The translations under genes and the position numbers were made by a program. A stretch of DNA of 62,060 nt, the filler included, from Sluysia triapertura (taxonomy: Eukaryota), in NCBI GenBank assembly GCA_046118255.1. It is 5 parts of 5 records of this genome, joined end to end, with 100 filler letters (N's around TTAATTAATTAA, not from the genome) between each part and the next. Parts side by side here need not be neighbours in the genome. Positions count along the whole stretch, not along the records: positions 11,513 to 22,612 come from JBJNIA010188887.1; positions 22,713 to 34,674 come from JBJNIA010152383.1; 3 more parts are not named here. One strand, given 5' to 3'. The notes beneath the pieces were generated by a model. It saw nothing but the letters and a program-made list of their open reading frames with translations. It did no database searches and had not been told where the DNA came from. Within the stretch, counting starts at the first letter, position 1. Each line of letters begins with the position of its first letter. Shown piece by piece: positions 14,300 through 26,278 of the stretch.

Positions 14300-16665
14300 A
14301 AATTTCTGCCTAACCCTCTCTGCTGGTGGACCTGACACGCAACAACTCCTGTGTCGCACTAATCAGCATGATACCTCAGGCGTATCTCAAACGTGCTGAA
14401 ATGGAACTCAAAACGAATTGTAACGTCAGTATTTATGCACTACTGATGAACTATCAAAACCACTTTATTCTGCATATTCCGTTATCCTGGCGAATTCCGA
14501 AGAACACTCTTGCATATCTCCGTAAGATGTTGCAGAAAGTTAATGTGGCTCTTGAATTACCAGCAACAACATTGCTGCTAAAGGCACAATTTCCGTACCA
14601 ACAACTCTTGTGACTGCTGCATCCTGGTATGCGGGTAACTCGGAAGAAGGAATACGTTTCTCGACATCAACCCAAAGACAATAAGATCAACAATGCGACC
14701 CAAACAAACACTTTCAAACCCCAAAACTCATCAAAAACTCGAGAAGCAATTGCGGAAATGCGAGAACAAACAATACCGAATAGAATGCAAAATATCACCA
14801 CCAATACTGTAAAACCCAAAGTGACTCAAATATTCAATAGTACTTCATCTTATAATAAAGTGCCACCGGCGTTGTCCAGTCACCGAACTCGGAACCAAAA
14901 AACCCATTCAATTCAGTTTCGAATCCACAACCAAGGCACCAAGACGACCTATATTGACGTGAATCGACAGGAACACATCAATTCACAATGAACCACAACA
15001 GACTAATGAACATTCAACTGTTATGCAACTGCCAATCAGGTGTTATGCAACCGCGAATTAACAACATACATTCGAATAAGTTGCAATCAAGTATTACACC
15101 TACTACTAAAACATCACGAAATCCAAGAAATCAAAGAACCAACAAGGAGCAAAATATCACGTCCGCAAAATCATCGAACCCTCTAATCATATTATTATTA
15201 TGTGGCCAAACCAAAGTGATGATTACCAATACCAAATGTCGACAAGCAATGCCAAAAACAACAACTAATAAAAGAAAGAAAACAAATAGTAGAAATTCTA
15301 TAACAAAGAAATGAGAAAAGACAAGCAATCGAAATAACACCAGATGAACAGAAAATGCACCTCTCCTAAACACAAACCAGCTAACCCACAGAAGAATCAC
15401 ATACACCATCTCTGAGCGCACATGGTTGCAAGTGGTTTCATCTAACAATTTCCCACCCTTCAAAAATTCCCTAAATTCAAATCCTGTTATATCTGATCTA
15501 CCATCCAACATTGCCAAATATACTGCAAACAGTACCGATCTATTTGCGCCCCTATGCAGAGCGGGGCAAACCCAGATCGCAGAACAATAAATAACACCAC
15601 ACTACAATGCAATGGTGCTTTTGCCAGAATAACCTGAAATTCAACCCGAAAGATGGAAACAACCTAAGAAGACACCATCAGAAAAACCGCCATAACGAAA
15701 TGCACATGCAATCTGATATTTAGTTCTCACTTCCACCTAAGAAAATATCTTCTCTGTCATACAACCCCAAAAAACCTACCAGAAAAGTGACGGTAGTTGA
15801 TCTCGACTTTAACCATGAGTCAGATTGTCTAACTACATGCGCCATTGCAATTTATTTCAACCTATTGGAACCCACACTGCCGATCCGGAATCTGTAGTTA
15901 TCGACAGTACGATATCGATCTATAATGACAAGCAATCATTTTTCAATAACTTCCCCCTATCCAAACGCGGGATACTAATAATCTTCAATAATAATGACAA
16001 CAGTTACACCGTAATCGACCCATTGGATCACAGCCTGACCATCTTAAATCCGCACTTCAATCAAGAACCTAGAACGGAAATACAAAATCAAAGCTTCATT
16101 CTTCTACTCAAACGACTCCAATTATGTCCAACTATCACTACAATCAGATATCCTGTGAGAGAACCCAATCATTATCAACAAATACTGCAAAATCAAAATT
16201 GAGAGTACCTCCATGAGTTAATTAATACTTTCAACACGCACGAATGGAAGCCTCGGAAATGCCAGGGAATCTATGTCGAGTGCCTAAAGCAGAATCCATT
16301 TCCAACAAGTGTCTTACACTCAACTTGGGAAATAAGGCTTGGTTATTCATGATCAAAGCGAGAAATAACATTTTCCTCAATTTCGATCCCCAGAACATCC
16401 ACCTACATCTTCCAACGTCGTGCCGATAGTGTGGTTTTGAAACAGATTCCCTTCTGCATGTACTGTGACTGTGTGCCTCAATTGCCTTACCGAAATGATG
16501 ACCCTAGAAGATTCTCTCTCACCAAGGACTCCTCAGCATCAATCACTGGATCACCCCGGCGACCCGAGATACAAGCCAGAGGCACCTCATCTCGACTGTT
16601 CCTGGTCGATGTCAAAACTCAAATGGACCTAAAGAAGAACTTTGAAATTGCTCGGTTCCTCGATA
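14300..16665 (+). mobile_element. Degenerate RLE-type non-LTR retrotransposon (R2/NeSL/Utopia-like), RT domain deleted
   Basis: GC-richer block. Decayed C2H2-like fingers at about 15500-15850 (e.g. KCTCNLIFSSHFHLRKYLLCH). AWLFMIKARNN...CR*CGFETDSLLHVL*LC at about 16330-16480 is a CCHC knuckle. RRPEIQARGTSSRLFLVDVKTQMDLKKNFEIAR at about 16555-16655 is a PD-(D/E)xK restriction-like endonuclease. The 5' boundary is approximate. Confidence 0.8.
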
Positions 16666-16977
16666 GAAGTTTTAATTTTAATTTTAATTAATAATTTTAA
16701 ATTTTAATGTTGATTTTGAATTAAGATTTTAAATTTTAATGTTAATTTCAAAAGAAATAATTACCTTGACTAATTCAATAATTCAAAAAATATTTCCAAA
16801 AATTATCCAAATAAATGTAAAAATCAAAATACAAATTATTAAAATTAATAATGTGTGTACAAATATAAAATCAATCGATAATTTAACTATCAGTGCAAAT
16901 GTATTTTTAGTCACAAAATCATAAAGTCACAAAGTTAGCTATTAACACAATAATTAATAGTCACAAAGTTGTAGTTA

Positions 16978-18162
16978 TTAGTCATCACAATAACATTCCC
17001 CGAATGAGGAATTGGTCTCCAATTTGAAATCTGTGAGGTCGATGATGTTATCGAGTGTAATTGATAGGTATTGGTAATCACTATTGGTTGATGTGTCGTC
17101 GTCGTCCAGGTCAACATTTGGCGAATGGCGAAGATTCAGATTGACGTCAATTACTTTTATTTCATTGAGATCCACTGGTGGAGAAGATGATGGCGATTTT
17201 GTTCTTCGTTTTTTGGTTGAAGATATATTTATGTTATGCGTATTTTGCATGTTTAAAATAGGAGTATCGAAATTAAATTTATTACAAGAATTATTTGTGT
17301 CGCATTTGTTAGTAATATTTTTGTGTATAGTAGAAGAAGAATGAAAGGAGATAATTTTATTATTATCATTAGGAGTTAGATTGATATTGTCGATTTTTAT
17401 GATTTTTTGTTGTGGCAAGAATGATTCATCCCTTGTGCACAAAATGTCAAAGGTAGCAATAGTGTCTCTTGTGTGTTGTTCGAATGTAAAAGTTTTTGGA
17501 GGAAAAGTATAAAGCAATTTAAGAACCTTCCTTGCTTTCGTAATGGGATTAGATGAAGAGTATGAGACGAGATTGGTGCAGGTCAAATTAATGACGCCGC
17601 GCAACCAACCATATGGTATTTCAAGAGCCTTGATTATTAGTTCCGGATAAAAGGATACTAATACCTTATTGTATAAAGAAGTGAGCCAAATTTTCTTTAT
17701 ATGATTTACGTTCTTTGCATTATTAAAATCCTCGTCTTTCAATCCGTGATCTATAGTTAGGAAGTTCTTAATCCTAATGCGAGGTCTTGTTGATTCAGTA
17801 GAGTGAAAGGACTGATGATAGTGAATCTGACAGATTCGTATAATTTGATGCCTATTTTTAAAATCTAAGGCAAATTGTGCTGCAACAAAGATTAAATTGA
17901 TTTTATCTTTTAACGAAATCTCAGGAATGTCGGTGAAGGTCACACACTTCTCCCACTTATATGCGGAGTCTATATCTGAGATGTAAAGGAGAGGATATTT
18001 TTTCAGGTTTAATTGAACTTTTTCTTTGGCGAACAGTACTGCAAAATATGTGGGAACTTCATGAATGTCTATATAAATACGACATTTATCAGATGCGTTA
18101 GTAATGTAAAGCGAGGTAAAACTTTGCAAGCGAATTTGTAAAGGGCTGAAATCTACATACAT
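16978..18162 (-). CDS. Intronless 394-aa orphan protein with a basic NLS-like patch (KKRRTK) and an acidic C-terminus; probably element- or virus-encoded
   Basis: Longest uninterrupted ATG-initiated ORF in the window. Same strand as the adjacent virus-like ORFs. Confidence 0.6.
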   Translation of the reverse strand: MYVDFSPLQIRLQSFTSLYITNASDKCRIYIDIHEVPTYFAVLFAKEKVQLNLKKYPLLYISDIDSAYKWEKCVTFTDIPEISLKDKINLIFVAAQFALDFKNRHQIIRICQIHYHQSFHSTESTRPRIRIKNFLTIDHGLKDEDFNNAKNVNHIKKIWLTSLYNKVLVSFYPELIIKALEIPYGWLRGVINLTCTNLVSYSSSNPITKARKVLKLLYTFPPKTFTFEQHTRDTIATFDILCTRDESFLPQQKIIKIDNINLTPNDNNKIISFHSSSTIHKNITNKCDTNNSCNKFNFDTPILNMQNTHNINISSTKKRRTKSPSSSPPVDLNEIKVIDVNLNLRHSPNVDLDDDDTSTNSDYQYLSITLDNIIDLTDFKLETNSSFGECYCDD

Positions 18163-18544
18163 TGTGATTCTTAAGTTCCTAAAAAAGATAGGGGTGAATC
18201 ATGCTGGCCACAATAACGGTCTATGCCGTTGTAAAAAGCGGAGATGTTGTTGACTATTTTTGCTTGTGGTGTAGTCACGTGGAGTGGTGGTGAAATTCTG
18301 AATGGAACAGTGCATATATAAAAAGAGAAAAATTACAATACAAAATAATAGTTAGTTTATTTATTAATTCATTTTATTTCATTTATTCAATTACTATACC
18401 TTATATAATTTTAGGAGTAAAAAAGTAAAAATCCTAATTATGGTTTTTCTTAATGAATTGATTGATTACTTTATTTTTATTGTATAAGCCTGCCCTCTTG
18501 TAAAAACATCTGCAATCAGATCGTCAGCAACCTTAATTGTGCTT

Positions 18545-18781
18545 CTAATTATGCTTCTGGGACTTTGTTAACCCAGAATGAAAGTTTGGAGGTGGTATTG
18601 CTATTGTATGTTCATTGCTTTTCTTGAAATGTTCTGGGCGATGAACTATCACTTCTTGTACCTCAATGTGCTGGTTTTGAAGATAATGTGGAATATTTTC
18701 TAAGTCATATGAGAATTGATATTTTCCCTTATAAAAAGTATGAATTTCTTTTACCGATATTTTGCATAAAGGGCAGTTCAT
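18545..18781 (-). CDS. Small CxxC-containing ORF (MNCPLC...), possibly truncated; part of the virus-like cassette
   Basis: ATG start and an N-terminal CPLC motif. More Cys-rich sequence follows the stop codon. Confidence 0.35.
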   Translation of the reverse strand: MNCPLCKISVKEIHTFYKGKYQFSYDLENIPHYLQNQHIEVQEVIVHRPEHFKKSNEHTIAIPPPNFHSGLTKSQKHN

Positions 18782-19183
18782 ATATTCTGTGATAGTATAA
18801 TGAAATTAGTTAATAACGCATTTGTAATGAAATTTATGAGAGCAAGGGTATGTTTTTATGAAGTGTTTATAAATGGAACGTTGGTAGATTGAGCAGTGAA
18901 AAGGAAAACAAAAATATAATAAAGCAATAATATTTTAATGTGAGTTAGTTAATTAATTAATCAAAATACTATGTTATGATCCTAATTTATGTACATGGTA
19001 AAAACTATGAAAGATGTTAAACAATATTTTGTAAAGTTAGGTGACCGGCTGGACAGGAAATAACCGTCGACAGCGATGGCTCGTAACCTTTTTTATATAT
19101 ACTGTTTAATCCTATACTTTAATTGTATGTGTCAATCTACGAGGTATTCTTATATACATTTTTATGGCTTCAGTCGCAAGATT

Positions 19184-19732
19184 TTAAATGTTGATGAATG
19201 TTGATTTTAAATTATTTAATTTCATAATTGTGTTGACGATTTTAGGATTAATTAAGCTGATTTTATTAATTTTATTTGGTTTTTTAGTTATTTTTTGAGG
19301 TATTATTGACTTAGTTACAGTGTTCTTATTTAGTTTGTTACTTATAGTTTCCTTAATAATAGGTATAACGAAATCATATAGTTGTGTGATTGACCAATCG
19401 TTCATACTCATTGTTTCGTTAACATAAAGTATCCATACGTATACAGTCGGAAAGGTTAACTTAGGATGATAGCTCAGCATAATTGTTTCTTTAGGTGGTA
19501 TTAATTCTAAAACTGCTTCTCTATCCAATGTTGTAACTAAAATTCTTTCTTGGTAAATATTTAGTATTTTCATGTCTTTTATTTTAAGTCTCTTTGGTCT
19601 TGATTCGTCACAATCTTCGATGTCCCATAAAGAAAATTTTCTGCCAATCTGGGGTTGGCTACAGTCACAAGCCTTTATAGAATTGATTTTGTGAATTCCA
19701 AATAATGCCAATAAAACTATGAAAAACAACAT
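19184..19732 (-). CDS. Truncated envelope/fusion glycoprotein-like ORF (chuvirus/gB class III-like N-terminus)
   Basis: A signal peptide (MLFFIVLLALFGIHKINS) is followed by IKACDCSQPQIGRKFSLWDIEDC...LNIYQE. This resembles the AYDC....SL.DV..C....LLQ start of chuvirus-like/gB-like glycoproteins. At 182 aa it is too short to be complete. Confidence 0.5.
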   Translation of the reverse strand: MLFFIVLLALFGIHKINSIKACDCSQPQIGRKFSLWDIEDCDESRPKRLKIKDMKILNIYQERILVTTLDREAVLELIPPKETIMLSYHPKLTFPTVYVWILYVNETMSMNDWSITQLYDFVIPIIKETISNKLNKNTVTKSIIPQKITKKPNKINKISLINPKIVNTIMKLNNLKSTFINI

Positions 19733-19773
19733 ATTGATGTTCCGAATTGTGAGAATGATTCATTGGTATTTCC

Positions 19774-19836
<63 letters not shown>
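19774..19836. repeat. (TTA)n microsatellite
   Basis: Directly visible. Confidence 0.98.
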
Positions 19837-19839
<3 letters not shown>

Positions 19840-20580
19840 TAGTCGGGATATCGTATTAAGTGGTTCATTTAAAATATTCTTTTCTTCTTTTTCTTTATCT
19901 TTATCTTTTATAATATTTTTCCAACCTCCTATTTGTTCATTTAGAGTACCTAATTTCTTATCAGTAAAGTTTATAACCTTGTCTATTTTTTCTTTAGTTA
20001 CATTGAAATATTATATAAGCTATTATTATTTTGAGTTTATCTCTATTAATTTCCAGCATTAATCTGTCTACTTTATATATTTTTATATTGTCCGTTATCT
20101 ATGAAATCACTAATGTCTGTATTCTTATATTTTTATTCCATAATTTTAATTATTTTGGTTAATGCAACTTTGTATTCCTTTAATTCAGGTAAAAGTGCTT
20201 TATACTTATCAAAATTAGAAAATTTATTAGATAGTAAAGCGTAAATTATAGTTTTAGTACTTAAAGTTTCTTCTATATTCTTATAAGTAATTTTAGTTTA
20301 ATCAATAGGTTTTCTATGTATTGGGGTTGATATTATTGTTTCGTCATCATTATTCTTTCTAGGTCTACCTGGCCTTCTTTTAAATGTATTTGTTTCTTTA
20401 TCTTCAGTTTCAATATGTGGATTTTTATTTAAATCTATTATGTAATCGGGTTTATCATCAGTATAATCATCATTGTCATTTGTAATATCTATGGTTTTAC
20501 TATCATTATGATTATCTTTATCATCTTCCATTAATTCTCTTAATAATGAACGCGGGGTTCTATCTAAATCAACATCGTTA
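19840..20580 (-). pseudogene. Degenerate intronless ORF with acidic region and AT-hook (KRRPGRPRK); dispersed repeat copy 1
   Basis: Frame continues across lesions (..ELKEYK..IMEXKYKNTDISDFIDNG..VINFTDKKLGT..GGWK). Clearly homologous to 59820-60716. Confidence 0.7.
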
Positions 20581-21786
20581 TCATTATTTATAAATAATTA
20601 AAAGAAATAAGAAATTATAATTAAATTGAAATTGCCATTAAATTGAAATATTATAATAAAAACATTTATAAAAAATTATTTAATCAAAATAATATAAAAT
20701 TATTATTTTAAATTAAAACAAATAATAATATTATTAAACTCTAATTGTTTAAAATTATTATTTAAATATTTACTATATTGTTTACGACGCCATAAACTAT
20801 AAACAGGAGATGCTGTTTTAAAAAATTTTAGTAAGAAAAAATATGATATCAATCAATATGTCAAAGTTATTTGTATTTTATAATGTCTTATTTTCTTCGT
20901 GTTATCATTTTATTATAGTATTATTTTATAATAAATTTTGTTATTAATTTTAAATATTATTCCTAATATAATTAACTAAATCATAAAATTATTATTAAAT
21001 TCAAAAATTAAAGAAAATTTAAAAATAAAATATAAAATTTAGAAAATGAAAATATCATAAAACTATTTATATAGTTTTATAAAACTATTTATATATAAAA
21101 CTATTAAATTTAGAAAATTAAATGTATTTTCATAAAATTATTAAAATAAAATTTAGATAAAATTATTAAATTTACAAAAATTAAATAAAATAAAGAATTT
21201 TGTTTTAATGAATTGATTTTCCAAAATGGATCTTTAAGAAAAGCTTGAATATAAATAGGTTAGAAAAAATTTTAAGACAAAATTTTTAGATAATTTTTCG
21301 AGAACAATTTTTTGATAATAAAGAATAACTTGGAAATTTTTCAGAAGAATTATTTTTACTATTCTTTTCCGTGCACAAGTAATTTAGTTTTTTATAAGTT
21401 GTAGATTCACCTTCGCAGGGAATCTTAAAATATACGAAAATTATTTTTTCATTTTTGTGAAACATCTTAACAAGAGTTGCGTAACGTTACAATGAATTTA
21501 TATTACGATCAACCGAGGTTGAATCATATATTTAAAATCACTATCACTATTATAACCGTCAATTGTAATCAATTAACCTAAATATTTTCATAATAAACCT
21601 TAGTGAATTAAGTTTTTGGTTGAGTAATTTTATAATTTATTAATTTATCAATTAATATTTGCTGATTTGGATTTTAAAAATTCATTTATGTTGTATATAA
21701 AATTTTACTAAACTATTAAAAATTTTAAGTATATTTTATAATTAATTTAAATTCTTTAACTTACAAAACACTATGACACTAACGAT

Positions 21787-21960
21787 TGCTGCAGAAAATG
21801 AATTAATTTTCTATCTTCATATTTTACAATTTCTTCAAAGTAATTTCTTTCAAATATTTGATTAACAAAAGTTGCTGCGGAAATAAATTGGCTTTCTACC
21901 TTCTGTATAATTATTTGATTAATAACAGCTGCTGCGATAATAAATTAGCTTTCTTCTTTA
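21787..21960. repeat. Three imperfect direct repeats with core TGCTGC.G..AAT.AATT..(C/T)TTTCT
   Basis: Cores near 21787, 21873 and 21932. Confidence 0.6.
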
Positions 21961-22543
21961 AAATTTATAATTTCTTCAAAATAATTTATATGGATTATAA
22001 TCTTCTCCAATTATATAAAAACAACAGAATAGCTATTGTATAAAAATGTCTTTTTTGTAAATAATTTGTCCTTTTTATTTTATTTCTAAGTTTACAAACA
22101 ATTGGTTGTTATTGTAACAGCCAATTTAATAATGCTAATAATAATAAATTTTTAATAATTTTCTAAATGTTTTAAATATTAAATACTTATTTATTTTAAT
22201 ATAATGATTTTATTTATAACTACTATAATAATAATTTTAAATATTTAATATTTACATATTTATGATAATTTAATAATTTTTATTAAATTATTTTTCCGAT
22301 TAAGTAACCGTGAAAATCGACTTTGGCAACTTAAACTAAACTTTTAGTTTCCAACCAATCAAATCACTGAAAACTTCTGTAAGTTTCTTTATCCATATAA
22401 AGTATTTAAGTTTGCTATTTAAAAACGTTCCAGTATAATCCAAAAAGTATATAAAATATTGTTGTAATCCGAGTGCTTTTTCAAACAGTTCGACAATCTT
22501 TGATATATATGATAAACAAAGACACAATTAAAAATCAATTTAA

Positions 22544-22612
22544 CCCATTCGCTGCCAAGGACGAGTATACTCGTCCTACTTTAAATGTATTATAACATGC
22601 AGGCTTTTGAAT
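22544..22612 (+). mobile_element. piggyBac-like element left end (cut by the gap)
   Basis: TTAA followed by CCCATTCGCTGCC and the perfect palindrome AGGACGAGTATACTCGTCCT (22558-22577), typical of piggyBac termini. Confidence 0.65.
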
Positions 22613-22712
22613 NNNNNNNNNNNNNNNNNNNNNNNNNNNNNNNNNNNNNNNNNNNNTTAATTAATTAANNNNNNNNNNNNNNNNNNNNNNNNNNNNNNNN
22701 NNNNNNNNNNNN
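22613..22712. other. Artificial contig linker
   Basis: N44-TTAATTAATTAA-N44. Confidence 0.97.

Positions 22713-22757
<45 letters not shown>
22713..22757. repeat. (TTA)n microsatellite at a contig start
   Basis: Directly visible. Confidence 0.95.
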
Positions 22758-22758
<1 letters not shown>

Positions 22759-25700
22759 TAATTGATAAAAAAGTTAATCCTAAAGTTTTATATGATTTCC
22801 GTAATTAATTCATGGTTAAATAAATATAAATAACAAAAGAAATAAGCAAAAAGCAATTGCCTTCTTATTTAGATTCGTTAAAATTGTAACAAAATCTTAT
22901 GTGGATGCCAACTTTATTATAGACAGATCCATTCTTTGATTAATAATTTGGTCATTGATTAAATTGCGTTGTTTAATAAAATAATAGATAGAAAAAAAAC
23001 GTTAACAAATTTAGAAACACTAAATGTTTAAAAACTAAATATTTCTGCTCTATTTTATTATGTTTACCTATAAACAGTTAGTGCATTCATGAATACTGCT
23101 TCTACTTATAATTCCATATTATTCAGAAGTTCAGCATCCACTTTTTATTATTAAATTTATTTAAAAAATTACTGGTAAACACAGAAAATCTTGAATATTA
23201 CAATATTCATCATGATTTCGTTCATCAGTAAAAGTTGTCGATATTTTCAGCAGCTTAGTACGCCAAATCACTAAAATCACAGCATGTCTATAATTTTTCG
23301 AGTTAACCTGATTTTTTTCCAATGCTAATGAAAATAAACAAACAAACGTACAAGTACAGTTTTATTGGAATACTACTTAATAGTTTTTGTGTAAGTAATA
23401 TTTTAACAAGACCTACCAGGACGGATTTAAACATACTTAATGAAACCAACATTAATATCATTTAAATTTGATGAAACTACTTTTATAAACAAAATAGGGA
23501 ATAAGGGTAATTATTCGGTCTTTTATAGTTTGATTGATTTATACCAAATTTGTAGAAAATCATTTTATAATTGAAAATCACGTGTAACTGAAAACTTTTC
23601 GACCTAAATTTTTATTTCCTCAGAAAGAAATTAATATTTATGTGGGCATAGATACTCTGTGCATACATGCTACACATTTTACAGCTTTGAGAAGTGAAGT
23701 TCAATCTACAAATAGTGAAAGACAAAAATATCCAACGATTTGTGAAATAAGGCGGGTTGTTTATGAAAATCATGGTACAAGTAGCACTAAAAAGGGTTAA
23801 CACTCTGTAAAGCAATTGGACAATATATTTACAAATTAAGAAATACTCAGCAAGCGTTTTTGAAATTACTTACCAAATAGAAATAAAGAGTAGATTTTTA
23901 TCACAATATTAGGATTATAAATGTTTGACAAAACCAAATACCTTTATTTTAATTGATGAATGTCATACGTATTTTATGTATACCTTATATTGTCATTGAC
24001 TAATAATACAAAATTAGTAATATATTTCATATTTATTTTAACAAAAGACAGTCAATAAGTAATATGTAACAATTGAATAAAAATTAATATTTAATCAAAT
24101 ATAATTACTATTACCTTTATTATTACTTTACATATACTTCTAATTGTAATGAATAAATGTGTTAAAACCCTTTTGTAAAATTTAAATAACATTAATTTAT
24201 TTTATTTATTTTATTTTATGTGTGCATCTATTTACTTTTACTATAGATATCTAACTTTAAAAATTCTTTATTTTTATTCAATTTGAAAATCAAATCGATT
24301 GAACTAGTTTATAACTATTATTTGTGGAGATTAATTCAACCTTATCTCTAATGGACGAGACAGAAATGCTAAATAAATTAAAAATTTAATAAACTTGTAT
24401 AAATATTAAACGAAATGCAAAATAGCATAGATTGGAACTCATAACACTTAATTAGCAAGGAAATGATATTCAGAGAGAATGTAAAAATTATGAAAAAATA
24501 GATACTAATAAATACAAAGTAAAGAAAACCAACACATAACTATAAAATGAATGTATTACGTAATTGCATAAATTTGAATAATTTTTATCTATAAAAAGTA
24601 ATTATTAGGAAAAATTAACCATAGAAAAGTTATTATAGAATGGAACTAAAAAAATTTATAGCTGATAAAATAATAATGGCAAAGTACTTCTATACATCGG
24701 GATATAATGTTATGTAAAACAATGTATATATTTATGTAATATAAAATATTACTTCATTAGGTTTCGATTATTAAAATTCAGATTCTGGTTTTTGTTGTCA
24801 ATCTATGTTATGTAACTGAACGTAGTTTATATTTTGTGCTATTGATGTTTGATAATAATCAATATTACGAATCTGAATACAGTTTATAATTTATATTATG
24901 ATTATTTCGTAATATTGGACATTGAAATCTAATTTTTTACGATTAAAACCATCATATGAATCAACATTCCTTTCAATAAATGATGTTACAATTACTTTCT
25001 CTTTACACGTTATATAAATATTACGACATTTTATCGACTTGATGCTAATTGCAGCTTCAAATTTGAAAACTACGAAGTTCCTTTTGTATATTTGCCTTTT
25101 GGGCCTAATTTTAAAGATCCACGAGCTTAATTGTCATTATTATTAAGAAGAGGTAATAAATTTTGAGTTTCATCAATATATTCATCGATTCAACAACATA
25201 TACATCTCAAGCAATTCGTCTAATACCCTCAACCATCTACCTTACACTATATTTTGATAAATTAATACCGAACAGTCCATAACATTCATGCAATAGGCTA
25301 TTCTCATAAACCAAATCTCAATCACAACTTATAACATACAAAACATTTACGTTATAACCTCGAATCAATTACACTAAGCCAAACTCATTTCATCCACACA
25401 TAATCATTATCAACATTTCACAACAACACCATAAATACCCAAAGATTTATTTTGTAAATTTTTTTTAAAATTAAATAAACTATAACCTTTTAACAAACCT
25501 TTCAAACCATTATGTGCAATGCATAAATCTTGTTTTCAATTATAAACCTTCAATAAATCTCAACAAATTATTCTAACATTCTTCATTTCACTTACAATTC
25601 AAATTATTTAACTTCAAGAATTCTGAACAAATTTAATACAGCTTTAAAGAATTTATTTCCTTATAATCAAGCAGCAACGACAACTGAAGTATAGTATACC

Positions 25701-26278
25701 ACATTACCGTTGCTAATTCACGTAACACCAATTGTTTTCACTTTTAATTTTACTTTATAGATGTAAGAAATACTAGATTTCGAAAGAAAAGGTCGTGTAA
25801 TTTTTATTAAAGACAAGATTTATGCGTTTTATTCCCAATAATAATAGCAATATTATTATTGTTATTATTATTATTATCAATTCATTAAAATACTAAAGTT
25901 TTTATTTAATGACGATCGACTTGGTCGCTACCATCACCAGTGTTGACACTATATGTTACATTTTTCATTAAAGTGCCAACGCTGATGATGGTCAATCATC
26001 AGTCATGCTTACTATTAATTTTTAATAAAATTATTGCACACTTCATCCAATCGAGACCTAGTTTTATATATATCATTTTTAAAAGGCCTTGATTGAATGA
26101 CCAATAACAGCAGACTTAAAAAATAAAAATTGTTATGTATCTAAAAATTAATTTTTCGTAACAAAAATTTTTATTAGATCAATTATTTTGTATAAAACAA
26201 TAGTTAAAAATTTAAAGTAATAATCAGTAGTGTCTTTTAAAAAAATAACAAAATTCTGAATTTATTCTTGGTGAATTA

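Noticed and set aside
15131-15517. Hydrophobic 128-aa ORF on the minus strand
   Set aside because: Antisense shadow of the A/C-rich retrotransposon strand.
17084-17344. 86-aa plus-strand ORF
   Set aside because: Antisense shadow of the 394-aa ORF.
19763-20062. Poly-Leu signal-peptide ORF on the plus strand
   Set aside because: Translation of a (TTA)n microsatellite plus the antisense of the AT-hook pseudogene.
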